From NCBI GenBank assembly GCA_963709405.1, contig CAVPXM010000042.1, positions 1 to 64,000 of the forward strand: DNA of 64,000 nucleotides, read 5' to 3'. Below are positions 45,753-57,213 of this stretch, in pieces. Each line of letters opens with the position of its first letter. Position 1 is the stretch's first letter. The notes under the pieces were generated by a model. That model worked only from the letters and a program-made list of their open reading frames with translations. It did no database searches and had not been told where the DNA came from. The translations under genes were made by a program, and so were the position numbers. Source of the stretch: an uncultured Nitrososphaerales archaeon. GTDB taxonomy: Archaea; Thermoproteota; Nitrososphaeria; Nitrososphaerales; Nitrososphaeraceae.

Positions 45753-45986
45753 TTATTGGGCCTTTTCGATAATAATTTTTCCACTTTCTTGCGTAACTCT
45801 GACGTAATCACCTTTACCGAGGCCAAGGTTTTGTGCATACATTTTTGGTAGACACACCGAAAAACTTAGATCCCCAATGATGCTCCTATATTCTGCTTTT
45901 ATACCATCCTCAGCTTTCTTTGTTTCTAACATTATACTAGTAATCGAGGGAAATGTATATACCGTCCAACATCCGACCATACTCAT
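45753..45986 (-). CDS. AbrB/MazE/SpoVT-family DNA-binding protein (start likely ~45932)
   Basis: SFSVCLPK.YAQNLGLGKGDYVRV....GKIIIEK. Confidence 0.85.
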   Translation of the reverse strand: MSMVGCWTVYTFPSITSIMLETKKAEDGIKAEYRSIIGDLSFSVCLPKMYAQNLGLGKGDYVRVTQESGKIIIEKAQ

Positions 45987-46540
45987 TGGAATATTATGAA
46001 TATTATGACGGCTTAGATTGGAAAGGACTAGTTTACAATCATTACTGGTTAATAGTTATAATAGAAGCTGCTTTGTTTTGTGAATCCCGTAACGAAAGAT
46101 ATATTCGATTTAACGATCTAAGGAAAAAATCGAATGAGGCTTTAAAAAGTCTAACTAACAATGAAAACACCAATTTGGGTGGAACTTTTGCATCGATTAT
46201 TTATAGTGATCGTTGTAAAAAGTTTTTCCGTGTAAGAGTCAAAAACAAAAATAACAACAGAAAAGAAACACGGATTTATCCAAAAATCCTAGCAATTCAA
46301 AATGAAGTCAAAAACAGGAAGATTGAAAACTTAAATTATGGTAATGACAGGCTTGCCAGAATCCGAAATAAATTTGATATAGTGCATCGCCGTAGACCTA
46401 TAGTCGAACCTTCGGTATCAGTCTCAGACTCCCTGACAAGACAAACATCAAAGACAAGAACTCTAAGCAATTCGGTGCAAATATCAGAGAGATTGGATAT
46501 CGTAGTTACACGTGCTAATCCAAAAGAAGTTCCCAAATAG
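45953..46540 (+). CDS. Basic hypothetical protein, possibly wHTH
   Basis: 195 aa, divergent from AbrB; IRFNDLRK...ETRIYP. Confidence 0.5.
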   Translation: MYIPSNIRPYSLEYYEYYDGLDWKGLVYNHYWLIVIIEAALFCESRNERYIRFNDLRKKSNEALKSLTNNENTNLGGTFASIIYSDRCKKFFRVRVKNKNNNRKETRIYPKILAIQNEVKNRKIENLNYGNDRLARIRNKFDIVHRRRPIVEPSVSVSDSLTRQTSKTRTLSNSVQISERLDIVVTRANPKEVPK

Positions 46541-46693
46541 CCTAGACATATTTTTAGTGTTTAATGCAATCTCAATTACAATGTGGATAATGCAATTGTA
46601 ATTAAATTAAGAGGAGAGTATTAAATATGCTATGCCAAGTAAGATAAAATATGTGAATGATTTACAATTTTTGGTGGGATGATTGAATGATCA

Positions 46694-47221
46694 ATGTATA
46701 AAAAAATCATAGTCCCAGTTGATGGTTCCAAACCTGCAGATAAAGCATTAGAGCATGCCGTACAGCTAGCAAGATCTATTTTCGTTAATGGTAGTTTTAG
46801 TAAGATAGAAATTATAATACTGCTTGTTATTCAAGACTTTCCTGCTACACTTGGCATTGAAACTACTATGAGATCTCCTAGGACAGGAGAAGTAATTTCA
46901 TTCTCAGAATATATTAAGGAAATCCATGAATTGAAGAGATCAAACGCAATAAAACTCCTATCTGCAAGAAAGAAAAAATATGAATCTCATGGGACTGCAA
47001 ACAATAATTTTACAATAAGAACAGAAGTTCTCGTTAGTCAAGGCAATTCTATATCCGATACGATAATTAAGTTTGCTAACAAAGAGAAAGCAGATTTGAT
47101 AGTGATAGGCAATATTGGGTTAAGTGGGATATCAAAGCTCAAGACATTAGGAAGTGTGTCCAGATCTACTGCTGAGAAGTCTAGTTGTCCTGTTTTGATT
47201 GTGCGTTATAAGAACGCGTAA
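46694..47221 (+). CDS. Universal stress protein
   Basis: KIIVPVDGS, DLIVIG, LGSVS and CPVLIV. Confidence 0.93.
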   Translation: MYKKIIVPVDGSKPADKALEHAVQLARSIFVNGSFSKIEIIILLVIQDFPATLGIETTMRSPRTGEVISFSEYIKEIHELKRSNAIKLLSARKKKYESHGTANNNFTIRTEVLVSQGNSISDTIIKFANKEKADLIVIGNIGLSGISKLKTLGSVSRSTAEKSSCPVLIVRYKNA

Positions 47222-47354
47222 GCTTATTACAAGAATTGTTAGAAGCAGATGAAAAGTGAAAATCCAACAATTTAATATATGCTAAAGGTGTGCTACAACT
47301 TATAATAATTCCTTGTAAAATAAAATGAAATATTATTAGTTTTGTGTATATTCC

Positions 47355-47822
47355 TTATTTTTCTGGTACAACTATTATCTCACCCTTAAGTGATGGATCT
47401 GTTATAGAATAGAATTGATACCTTCCAGGATTAAGATTTGATGCTACAAACTCGGCAAACCCTCTTGCTTTGATAATTCCAGTATCAAACAATTTCCCAG
47501 AAAGGGGATCATTAGAAGATATGCCATTTGTAAGACTATGGGGAGACGTATCATTATTACCTATAAATACTTCTTCTCCAGGTTTTATTGTTAGTGTTTG
47601 TGGCTTAAAAATTAGATTTCCTTTCTCATTTTTGGTTATGATTACAACTGCAGCAACGGATGAAGCGTTAGGACTTGTTGTTGCATTCTGGGCATTGGTT
47701 GTTACTGAATATACTCGTGGGATGATCTCATTTTGGTTTACGATAATAAGAACAACCAGTATCCCAGCTATACCAGATAGACTAAGTAACCGTTTCCAAT
47801 TGTAAATTGGTTTGCTCATCAT
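47355..47822 (-). CDS. Cupredoxin-fold protein lacking type-1 copper ligands
   Basis: FKPQTLTIKPGE, N.D..PHS, FDTG; FYSITDPSLKG where Y.C..HP.M.G is expected. Confidence 0.75.
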   Translation of the reverse strand: MMSKPIYNWKRLLSLSGIAGILVVLIIVNQNEIIPRVYSVTTNAQNATTSPNASSVAAVVIITKNEKGNLIFKPQTLTIKPGEEVFIGNNDTSPHSLTNGISSNDPLSGKLFDTGIIKARGFAEFVASNLNPGRYQFYSITDPSLKGEIIVVPEK

Positions 47823-47973
47823 TTTGGCCTTAATTTCTCCCTCTTTATATAAATATATTATCGAATCTTGGCTTGTTATAAATGAAAGGCTTCCACTGAG
47901 CCAAGAAAGTAAGAGTATTGATAAGGAATGGACAAAGTCAGCAAGTGTAGACACATTCACAGAGCCTAGATAA

Positions 47974-48060
47974 GGCACTGTTCAGTTAACGATGGACATA
48001 AAGATAAAACCTCTTACTTTGATTGAACATGAATTGACTGCAAATTAGAACACATAACAA
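47974..48060 (-). mobile_element. IS6-type terminal remnant
   Basis: GGCACTGTTCAGTTAACGAT resembles the end GGTTCTGTGCACTTAACGAT of the IS6 ending at 52953. Confidence 0.5.
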
Positions 48061-48578
48061 ACTGATTAGCTCTATTTGTGGATATTCAGAACAGGGTGCT
48101 CATGATAGAACGAAAGATTGTTAAATGAACAGAGCTTAGATAAAGAGGCAAATTTAATAAATGCATTTATTGACTGAAAACCAGAGCGAGGCGAGGTAAC
48201 AATTAACAAAAGCAAATTGAGGATATGATTTTTGAAACGTCTTCTAGTTGCCATTATGCAAAAATAACGCCAAAAAGAAAGCTGGCTTTTTGATGTTTGT
48301 AATTGTAGATAAAAATGATTGCTTAGGTAGAACAATAAAATAATGCGATATCGACGTATCATTTTGGTGCATACATTGAACAGAGTACCAACTTGTGTAT
48401 TATTGTGCAAGTCTGGCCTTGATAGTGTCTTTCATTTAACCATCTGCTCATAGATTATATTCATGTTTGTCATCTTCGATTCTGCTGGATTTTGAGAACT
48501 ATTAACTCTTGCATATTTTGAAACTCAATCCGAACAATAAAAATAGTATTATGATTCTCTTTTTAATCGCATTCTAAT

Positions 48579-49139
48579 TTATTTGTAACCATGAAAGTCT
48601 GATTCTTTGTTTCTCTTTTGATTTTTGTCCAGTGTTTGTGATTGTTTTTCTTCATATTCTAATATCGGCGCTGATTTCAACGACTTCCTCCTTATTAATG
48701 GTATTAGTATATATACGGATAGAGCAACTATTGCTGCTTGCATAACCTTGGTGAGTACATCTACTGTACCTACATCATTTTGTACCCCTATTGAAGGAAT
48801 GTTTATCGTTCTGGTCAATATGTAAAAGAGAATTAATGCTAGCGAACCTGTTATAGCCATGATATATGGCATCTTATTACGATATGGATTCTCTAATGTG
48901 TAAATCCCGACAGCAGTGTATCCTAGGCCTACTATAATGAAAAATATCATTTCATTTGTTGTTGCCATAATGTCCTGTACATTCTTGCTTTCGGTAGGCA
49001 GGCGTGCTGACTGCGAAAGTTCGGCGTAGTCCTGAGATGCAACAAAAAAGTATATCGCACCTGTCGAGAGCATCAGTGCAATAATAACATATACCATTGT
49101 TCTCGTAGGATACGCGGTCAATGTTGTAGTTCCTTTCAT
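48579..49139 (-). CDS. Four-TM hypothetical membrane protein
   Basis: Four hydrophobic segments. Confidence 0.7.
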   Translation of the reverse strand: MKGTTTLTAYPTRTMVYVIIALMLSTGAIYFFVASQDYAELSQSARLPTESKNVQDIMATTNEMIFFIIVGLGYTAVGIYTLENPYRNKMPYIMAITGSLALILFYILTRTINIPSIGVQNDVGTVDVLTKVMQAAIVALSVYILIPLIRRKSLKSAPILEYEEKQSQTLDKNQKRNKESDFHGYK

Positions 49140-49260
49140 AATCTAATAGTTTTTTTGAATATTATTAAACCACTGTAGGAACTTTGGTAGAGTACCTAGG
49201 AACTGAGTTCTTCTATTACTTAAATATGAGAAGAAAGAAGATTTTACTATATGATTTTCT

Positions 49261-50151
49261 ATGGCTGAATCCTCGTCTGGTAGTAATGACAAAAGAGTTC
49301 AAATAGAGGGAGATGATAAATATTCACAAACACAAAAAGTAGATGCACGTCGACAATTACAAAATTCTCCAATGTTAGCTACAAAATATGCCCACGAGTC
49401 TTCCAAATTAGTATATTCAATTGAAAAGAATTTCTACTTGATCATATGTATAGTTTCTTTATTATTTGTCTTCTCGTTATTAGATTTCCTTGAAGTCCGA
49501 GGCATATTTTCAGCTTCAATGGATTTCTTAATTACAATCTCCTCTGTTATTTCTATTGCTATTTTATCATATACAATCCCTAATATATTAAAATCTAAAC
49601 GAATACTTAGATCATGGGCGGATATGTTTGAGAGGAACAGTATAAGAGCTGGCATGAATATATCTATGATCAACAAGAGCAAAGAAGAAGCCGTACATGC
49701 TATTGCGGAAACAATAGAAGAAGTTGGCGAGCCATTACGAAAATATATTTCATCTAAAGATAATTTCAATGAATTTTTGAACATCCCATACGCATCTAAC
49801 GGCAAAGATGTTATAGATAAAATAAAATTCGATGTCCTAATTGACTCAGAGCATGTAGTAAATACGAAGAATGACGGCGTTGAATATATTAGCACTAGAC
49901 TTCAAGAAGCTCTTAAAGATTATGGCTCAATAATAATTAAAATTATTGATGGCAGTATAACCAAGGAAGTAATCACATCATTTTCCGAGGATCTCAATTC
50001 ATACAAATTATCTTCAAAAAACAATATTCATTTAGCGATAATGATAGGAGATGATGTATCAGAAGATTCGTATGTATTGGCTATGAAATTGGAAAGGAAG
50101 GGATTTGGCTACTTTGTTCTTGTCGAGAAACCTTCTCCGTTGTCCACATAG
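49261..50151 (+). CDS. Two-TM protein with alpha/beta C-terminal domain
   Basis: Intact 296 aa; two TM helices near the N-terminus. Confidence 0.7.
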   Translation: MAESSSGSNDKRVQIEGDDKYSQTQKVDARRQLQNSPMLATKYAHESSKLVYSIEKNFYLIICIVSLLFVFSLLDFLEVRGIFSASMDFLITISSVISIAILSYTIPNILKSKRILRSWADMFERNSIRAGMNISMINKSKEEAVHAIAETIEEVGEPLRKYISSKDNFNEFLNIPYASNGKDVIDKIKFDVLIDSEHVVNTKNDGVEYISTRLQEALKDYGSIIIKIIDGSITKEVITSFSEDLNSYKLSSKNNIHLAIMIGDDVSEDSYVLAMKLERKGFGYFVLVEKPSPLST

Positions 50152-51121
50152 TAACAAGTATCGCATTATTGTGATTAATATGGGACACTATTAATTTTAG
50201 TATTGTTTAAAATTGAAAGTGAAACACATAAATAATAATCTTGGATAAGTGAATAATACCTTGAATTGAGAGAATAAAGATGCTTACTACTTTCCACCAT
50301 CATCGTAATTGTAATGTCCTTCTCTTACTGTGCGAATCACCTCATTATAACGAACAGCTATTTGATTTACTGTAAAAATAAAGATGCTCCGAGACCATTA
50401 ATACTAAAAATGAGTAATTGATAGGAAACTATTACAACTTAACTACGTTAATTCAAGTTTATTAGGAAAGCTTTGAGCACTATGCTAATGTCATTTGAGA
50501 AGAGTCAGGAGCTTTATGTAGCAAGCTACTATAATGATCATAGCGAGATTACGCGTATCACTATTGGTATATTTCGATGCTGAAAAGTAGTAAAGATAAT
50601 ACTAATAATGGTAATGATAGGGAATATTTTGACATGAATACTGTTTATACAAAAACTCCGGATGTACTAACAAGCACGCATAGGTACGAAGAGAAGAATA
50701 GTAATGAAATAATGTTCGGATTGATATATACTTATTATTATCTTTGTACAAATAATAATATCACACCACACCCGATGGACTACTGCTCCAACATTCAATA
50801 ACACTGTAAAAGTTTATAATATGATAGTAAAAAAAGAGAAACATAATATGAATTGGTCTGGAATTAACATCTTAATGTCTCTTCGCCTGAATCTGTATTG
50901 AATATCATGATGTAATAACTACTACAGAAAAGAACAGAAATGTCACAAAAAGATAAAACCATTGGAATGCTCATATCCACAATCTTAGGATCCAATTTAT
51001 CAGTAAGATCAATTCAATCTGCCTGATAAGTAATATCCTATCAATTTTATAGGTCAATGACGAATTAATGACAGAATATCTTAACCGCTTTGGTGCGAGA
51101 AAAATTCTAAGGTTTCGATAG

Positions 51122-51502
51122 TTGACTCAAAATAAAAATACCAAGAGAAACAAATTTCGTTACTCTTCTGAGTACACTATGCTATCAATCCTTGAATATC
51201 TTTGTATCAATTCTCTGGGCGGGCCGATCAGCAAGTATCATATTCTCACCAAAGTGCCTGGAATTAAAAGTCAACGGCAGGATAGGATAGCTGAAATAAT
51301 GAACATATTAGAGGAAAACGGTCTTATTGAATCAATTAAAACTTCTTCAGAGTCTACATTTTACCACATCACTGACAAAGGAGCCAACGCTTACTCGAAA
51401 TGGGTTAAGGATTTTTTGGATTTCACTAGATTCTCGTATAATAAATTAAGTGAAAATAAAGGACATGGTAGATATCATATTAATTATTTAATTCAAATAT
51501 AA
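51122..51502 (+). CDS. Winged-helix transcriptional regulator
   Basis: ILEYL...SKYHI...LEENGLI...YHITDKG. Confidence 0.75.
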   Translation: MTQNKNTKRNKFRYSSEYTMLSILEYLCINSLGGPISKYHILTKVPGIKSQRQDRIAEIMNILEENGLIESIKTSSESTFYHITDKGANAYSKWVKDFLDFTRFSYNKLSENKGHGRYHINYLIQI

Positions 51503-51899
51503 ATATTATTTTCAAATATTATCACTGATAATGAACGCTATCACAATAATGTTTCGTCAATAATTTTTTTGACCTTGCATGCCACTACTACAAATCTATC
51601 AGGACAATCAGAATTTCTGAGGCTATTACTATATGAATACATGGTTCTAATATTTAGTTGCTAGTCTAAAGGATCTGGAACTAAAATATAGGTGTAAGCC
51701 AGAATTGGTTATAGATGGAATTATCTTATTGCATTTCATATAATGAACAAGCAAATGCCAGATACATCTAGCCATAGATATTAGGTAGTGAAGTTAAGAG
51801 CCTAACGTATACTTCGAAGAATTAATCCCACTAGGCCTCAGAAAATCCATTCCGAATTCGATAACTGATTTCAAGAGAATTAACCTATTCTTCTTTTGA

Positions 51900-52085
51900 T
51901 CAAGAATTGTATCGACGTTTTCTATTTATTGGCACTTAATATAGTTAGTTTATTATTTATTTGAATATCAGATGCATCTTTTTTATCCGCGATCAAGCAA
52001 GCCCTATTTCAACTAAAAAAGCAATCTTGAACAATCCAAACACATCTTCAACATCAAATTTTTTGTTTATTGAATTTCCATCCAT
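51900..52085 (-). pseudogene. Degenerate copy of the 19374-19769 gene
   Basis: KFDVEDVFGLFKIAFLVEIGLA versus KFDVEDLFELANMAFAVEIALA. Confidence 0.6.
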
Positions 52086-52255
52086 TATATTTAAATGGCA
52101 GAAGCAGGACTAAAAGTAATGCTTTACAATAAATTCACGGGGTTTGTAAACTGGCTAAATTTATAATCAATACGATATAGTAAGGATTTTAATAATTAAG
52201 CTATTAGCCTATTTGTTTTTAATTATCAGCATATTACTAATTCTATACATACATG

Positions 52256-52953
52256 GATTCTGTTTCACTTAGTCATAAAATCTATAGATTGAAGACGTCC
52301 TATCTCTTTTTTGAATACAAGAAATAGAACATTTTCAGAATATGTTGACTATGGTCTATATTTTTATTTATTTGTAGGTCTTTCATTAAGAAAGACATCC
52401 GAAAGATTATCGTCTTGTTTTTATAAAGAGAAATCATGTATCAGTCTGGAATTAGAATTGGGTACAAAAGTATAGACCCAAAAAGATATTTGAGAGGAAA
52501 AAGAAAATCGAGGAATTCATCATTGATGAAACATTAATAAAAATTGGTTCAGAATTGATATGGTTTTGGGTTGCTATCGAACTTGAGAGTAAGGAAATCC
52601 TTGGAATTAGTACATCCAAAGAGAGAAGTATTATGCTCCTAGCTGAGCAATTTACTTCAAGCCTAGTTAAGATTCATGGTCATCAACATCCAGTTTCCAC
52701 AGACGGAGGTACTTGGTATCCACAAGCATGTAGATAGATTCCTAAACATTCAACATCATCACAATCATTCCTCGATTGAAAAAAGCTTCATAGAAAGGAC
52801 GATACAGTACATAATAAAAGATAGAACCGAATGCTTTGATGACTATTTTTCTTGCAGAAAGAAGAATTGTAATTTATTACATGTGTAGAATTGGTTAAAT
52901 CTAATCGTAGGCTATCATAACAAGCAATTACAAATCGTTAAGTGCACAGAACC
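52256..52953 (+). mobile_element. Degraded IS6-family element
   Basis: FIIDETLIKIG, WFWVAIE, STDGGTWYPQAC and IERTIQ...DRTECFDDYF with stops and shifts; imperfect TIRs. Confidence 0.8.
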
Positions 52954-53184
52954 ACTGAAGGTATGTAAAATATCGTATGCGAGCACATTACACTGGAGAT
53001 TTTATTATCAATAACTTTGGTAGATTATTGGTTATTCTTAATTAACCAGCTTTCTCGCCATCACGGGAAATTTCAACTGTCTAACTTAAAATCTGTATAC
53101 GACAAATGCAGGGGACAAATAGCTTGACTGGCAATATAGAATATTAAAGAGCAAGTTTCTAACCTCTTCATCTGAAAAATAAAA

Positions 53185-54399
53185 ATGCTGCAAACTGTAT
53201 CAGATCTCAGTGATCTAATTTATTATGGCAAGAAAGTGTTAATGAGAGTTGACTTCAATGTAGCACTAAATGATGGCATAATTGGCGAAGACTACAGAAT
53301 TCGAATGTCCATACCGACTATAGAATACCTTACAAAAAGGGGAGCAAAGCTGATATTGATGTCTCACCTAGGTAGGCCTCGGCCAACAACAAAATATCTT
53401 TTTCCTCCAGATGGCAATTACTCATTAGCTCCAGTAGCAAAAAGATTATCTGAAATCGTGCTAGTAAATAAAGTGACGTTTGCTACCGATTGCATTGGAC
53501 CAGTTGTTCAGAAAGAAATAGATGATATGCACATGGGCGATGTCCTGTTACTAGAAAACCTTAGGTTTCACAGAGAAGAAGAGGAAAATGATTCAGAATT
53601 TTGTAAGCAGCTTGCTTCATTAGCAGATGTTTATGTAAATGATGCTTTTAGTACATCTCACAGAAAGCATGCTTCAACTTATGGTACACCAAAATTTTTT
53701 GATACTAGAGTTGCTGGTCTTAACCTCAAAAAAGAAGTTGAATATCTGTCAATGATTAGGGATAAACCAATAAAGCCATTTACTCTTCTTATAGGAGGCG
53801 TAAAGATAAAAGACAAAATTGGTGCTTTAGAAAATCTGTTACCAAAAGCAGATAATCTTCTTGTAGGAGGTGCTACCTCATATACGTTCCTCAAAGCTAG
53901 TGGAGCTAGAACAGGAAATTCGCCAATCGATGAGGAACATCTCCCCTGGGTAACAAACGCACTTTCAAAATATAGAAATAAGATAATCCTTCCAACAGAC
54001 CATATCGTCTCTCCAGCACAAGATTCTCCATCTGTTAGTCTTATAAAAGGCGATATTCCAGATGGTATGATCGGTTTTGATATAGGGGTTGAGACTTCCC
54101 AACAATATTCAAACCAAATTGCTGCAAAAAGATCTGGGACAACATTCTGGAATGGGCCAATGGGACTATTTGAGATAAAACATTTCGCTAATGGCACAAT
54201 TAACATTGCAAAAACTATGGCACTCGCGTATTGGCGTGGATCTAAAACACTCATAGGCGGTGGGGACACTTTGGAAGCTATGAAAAGAGCAGGAGTTTCG
54301 GAAGGAGAAGTAAGCCATGTGTCAACCGGTGGTGGTGCTACTCTTAGATTTCTGGCAGGGGATGAAATGCCTGGAATTGATATACTCCAAAAAGGATGA
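53185..54399 (+). CDS. pgk: Phosphoglycerate kinase, bacterial type
   Basis: RVDFNV, SHLGRP, LENLRF, YVNDAF, WNGPMG, GGGDT and HVSTGGGA. Confidence 0.96.
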   Translation: MLQTVSDLSDLIYYGKKVLMRVDFNVALNDGIIGEDYRIRMSIPTIEYLTKRGAKLILMSHLGRPRPTTKYLFPPDGNYSLAPVAKRLSEIVLVNKVTFATDCIGPVVQKEIDDMHMGDVLLLENLRFHREEEENDSEFCKQLASLADVYVNDAFSTSHRKHASTYGTPKFFDTRVAGLNLKKEVEYLSMIRDKPIKPFTLLIGGVKIKDKIGALENLLPKADNLLVGGATSYTFLKASGARTGNSPIDEEHLPWVTNALSKYRNKIILPTDHIVSPAQDSPSVSLIKGDIPDGMIGFDIGVETSQQYSNQIAAKRSGTTFWNGPMGLFEIKHFANGTINIAKTMALAYWRGSKTLIGGGDTLEAMKRAGVSEGEVSHVSTGGGATLRFLAGDEMPGIDILQKG

Positions 54400-55214
54400 G
54401 TCAATAAGAGAATAGTCAACCGATACCTTCATTTTATTAAAAGGTATCATTTTATGCTACCTATTTTAGTATGTAGGGAAACGAATGTATCCCTTTTATG
54501 AGACTTTATGATACCATTTTGTGGAATATTCAAGATTTTAAGTAGATTTATCAAGGAAAACGCACTAGAAACAAAATAACATATAGATGTTGAGATCCAA
54601 CAAAATGCTAAACTCATACCTAGGTTGTACTCATAAGAGATTATGAGCCTGCTCGATCTATCAAAACTAACATACTATTGATACAACAAAGAATGTTTAA
54701 GCACGATAATGAAGAGCAATTACATCTAAAATATTCAGACATTTACTTGACCACGAACATATAAAACATAACCAATTCTAAATTCCTATCCACTGTTACA
54801 GCGAAATTTAGATAGAACATATAACAATATAGTAAAGAATAGGTTTCTAGCAGCTGTGCTTCAGGTATGTCTCCTATCTGATGAAAACCAATCAGCAAAT
54901 AAACTTTCAAATTCTGGAAATTTTGTTAGTTACCATATGTGAGATATAACAGTTAGTAAAGTTAGTAAGTTCGTTTTCTTCGCCTCCACAAGATTTTTGC
55001 CATTTTTAATAGTCTTACACTTGTCCGTAGACGTTAATTCAATTTCTCGTGTCCATTCCATTTGCTCTTGAATTGTAATATTATCAAGCTGCTGAAAAAG
55101 ATGGTGGTAATACTCATAGTAATCTCTTTCTTGATCATCATATGAGTAGTCTTTTTTATAACCGTTGTGCATGTGCATGCATCGTTAATAGAGCCTTCTA
55201 AGCTTAATGCATTA

Positions 55215-57113
55215 TCAATTATTATCTTCAAACACACCGTGCTGCTTTGTAAATTCTCTAAGCACATGACGCTTCTTAATATGATGTCTTTCTTCAGCAC
55301 TCAATAAACCTGATAATAACGTTACTGCTTCAAGTATGTGAGTACCCTTATTCAACATCACACATTCAGCACGTTGTCCCATAGCTGCATCTGTTATCTC
55401 AGCCCTTGTTGGTAGACCACTTTTTGCTAATGATTCAAGCACCTGAGTAGCTAGGATAACAGGAATATGAGCCGCTTCGCACATGCAAAGGATATCTTCT
55501 TGTACTAACGCCAAATTTTCAAATCCCACTTCAACAGCCAAATCACCCCTTGCAATTAGTATCCCAAACTTTGGCAATTCAAGGCCAGCTATGATTATCT
55601 GAGCTAGATTATGAATAGCATCAGCTGTCTCCACCTTTGCTATAATGCCTATGTCTGAGTGACCTAGTTTATCAAGGGCATTACGCAGATCATAAAGATC
55701 CTCTGGACGATGCACAAATGATAATGCCACAGCAGTTGCATGTTTAATAATAAAATCCAAGTTACTGATATCCTCAGACGTTACTGCAGGTATGTTCAAA
55801 GCTGAATCTGGAAAGTTCAAACCTTTCTCCGGTCTGATCTTACTACTATCGGTGGGGGAATTGATCTGTAATTCAATATATTCTTCATTAGAAGATGAAC
55901 TAACTATGGCACCAATTTTACCATCGTCGATAAATACTCTATGTCCTGAGTGGATTTGTTGAAGAACTTCAGGATGTGTGCAACTTATTCCTGCAGGGAT
56001 ATCTGCAGTCGCTTTGTGTCCGAGTATCCCACTGGTTTTGTAAAGACGCAACGTGTCTCCAGCTTTTACTTGCAGATCAACTGGCTGTGGCTTAATTGTT
56101 CCAACAGTAAACGAGGAGCCACTTATTTCAGCCTGCAGTTTCAATCCTTCTTTCAGATAAACAGTTCGCTCTAAACCAACTTTAACATTCGTTGGGGCTA
56201 TTCTTTCAAGTACTATCATTGTTCGAAGACGATCACGGCTATCCTTGAAGTTTATCTTTTCACCCAGCTTTAAAGTCGCCAAACTATCTGATTGTTGGTT
56301 TGGTATAGCGATTACAAATGTTGGAGGTACCCCTATAAGATTTACAACACGTTCCGTTTGGTTAGACTCACTGTCTAGAAATCCTTCCACAAATCGTATA
56401 GGTTTACCCTGCGAATCTTTTGGGACAGAAATCTTTAATGGGCGAACTTCAGTTTCCATAGACCCTATGCGGATCTTTGGACCTGCCAAATCCATCATTA
56501 TTCTACACCTGCGTCCAATTCCTTGTCCACGACGAACTAATCTTTCTTCCGCGTAATGTATAGCCTCGATTAACATCTTCCATTCCTTCTTTGAATCATG
56601 CGCACAATTGATTCTAGCAATGTCCATGCCGCTTCTAAGCAATTGTTCGAGAAGTTCAGGTTGATGTATATTGTAAGAATCAAGTGTTACCATGATCCTC
56701 GTCTTCCTTCCTTCTCGAGGCCTACCAAGCAACAACTGACTGCGTTTTGCTAACGATAATTTGGCGTCTGTAGAAGTAGACTTACATAAACTATGGGTCT
56801 CATGTGGTGGCAATCCAAGGTTCTTAATCACTTTTTCAATGCTGACTATCACCTGACTTTCAAGTCTTCCCAAAGACGATAGGCCGTGTTCAGCTAACTC
56901 GAGTGCCAAATCAGACAAATCATGTTCTCTTAATGCCAAATAACATAACAAATTATCACGACTACATTGGTTTTCGCGATTGTTGAGTGGGAATTTCTTT
57001 TGGGCTGTTTGAGCATTTCTGATAATGTCTATGTAGAAACTATTGAGAGATTGACGCAGCGATTCAATATCACTACTCTTGTCTATTTTCTCAGATTCTT
57101 TTTCAATCGGCAT
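55215..57113 (-). CDS. pyk: Pyruvate kinase, long form
   Basis: ARINCAH, DLAGPKIR, DDG, AKVE, ARGDLAVE, ATQVLES and PTRAEITD. Confidence 0.93.
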   Translation of the reverse strand: MPIEKESEKIDKSSDIESLRQSLNSFYIDIIRNAQTAQKKFPLNNRENQCSRDNLLCYLALREHDLSDLALELAEHGLSSLGRLESQVIVSIEKVIKNLGLPPHETHSLCKSTSTDAKLSLAKRSQLLLGRPREGRKTRIMVTLDSYNIHQPELLEQLLRSGMDIARINCAHDSKKEWKMLIEAIHYAEERLVRRGQGIGRRCRIMMDLAGPKIRIGSMETEVRPLKISVPKDSQGKPIRFVEGFLDSESNQTERVVNLIGVPPTFVIAIPNQQSDSLATLKLGEKINFKDSRDRLRTMIVLERIAPTNVKVGLERTVYLKEGLKLQAEISGSSFTVGTIKPQPVDLQVKAGDTLRLYKTSGILGHKATADIPAGISCTHPEVLQQIHSGHRVFIDDGKIGAIVSSSSNEEYIELQINSPTDSSKIRPEKGLNFPDSALNIPAVTSEDISNLDFIIKHATAVALSFVHRPEDLYDLRNALDKLGHSDIGIIAKVETADAIHNLAQIIIAGLELPKFGILIARGDLAVEVGFENLALVQEDILCMCEAAHIPVILATQVLESLAKSGLPTRAEITDAAMGQRAECVMLNKGTHILEAVTLLSGLLSAEERHHIKKRHVLREFTKQHGVFEDNN

Positions 57114-57213
57114 GATTTAACACCTTAACGATATATATTTCGTATGACAATTCGCAGCCTTTTATGAACATAATTTATCTGTCATCGTTTTGCTGATGCA
57201 ATCACTATTGCTA

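Noticed and set aside
48072-48410. 112-aa minus-strand ORF
   Set aside because: No recognisable motif or composition; lies beside IS debris
53679-54419. 246-aa minus-strand ORF
   Set aside because: Antisense shadow of pgk
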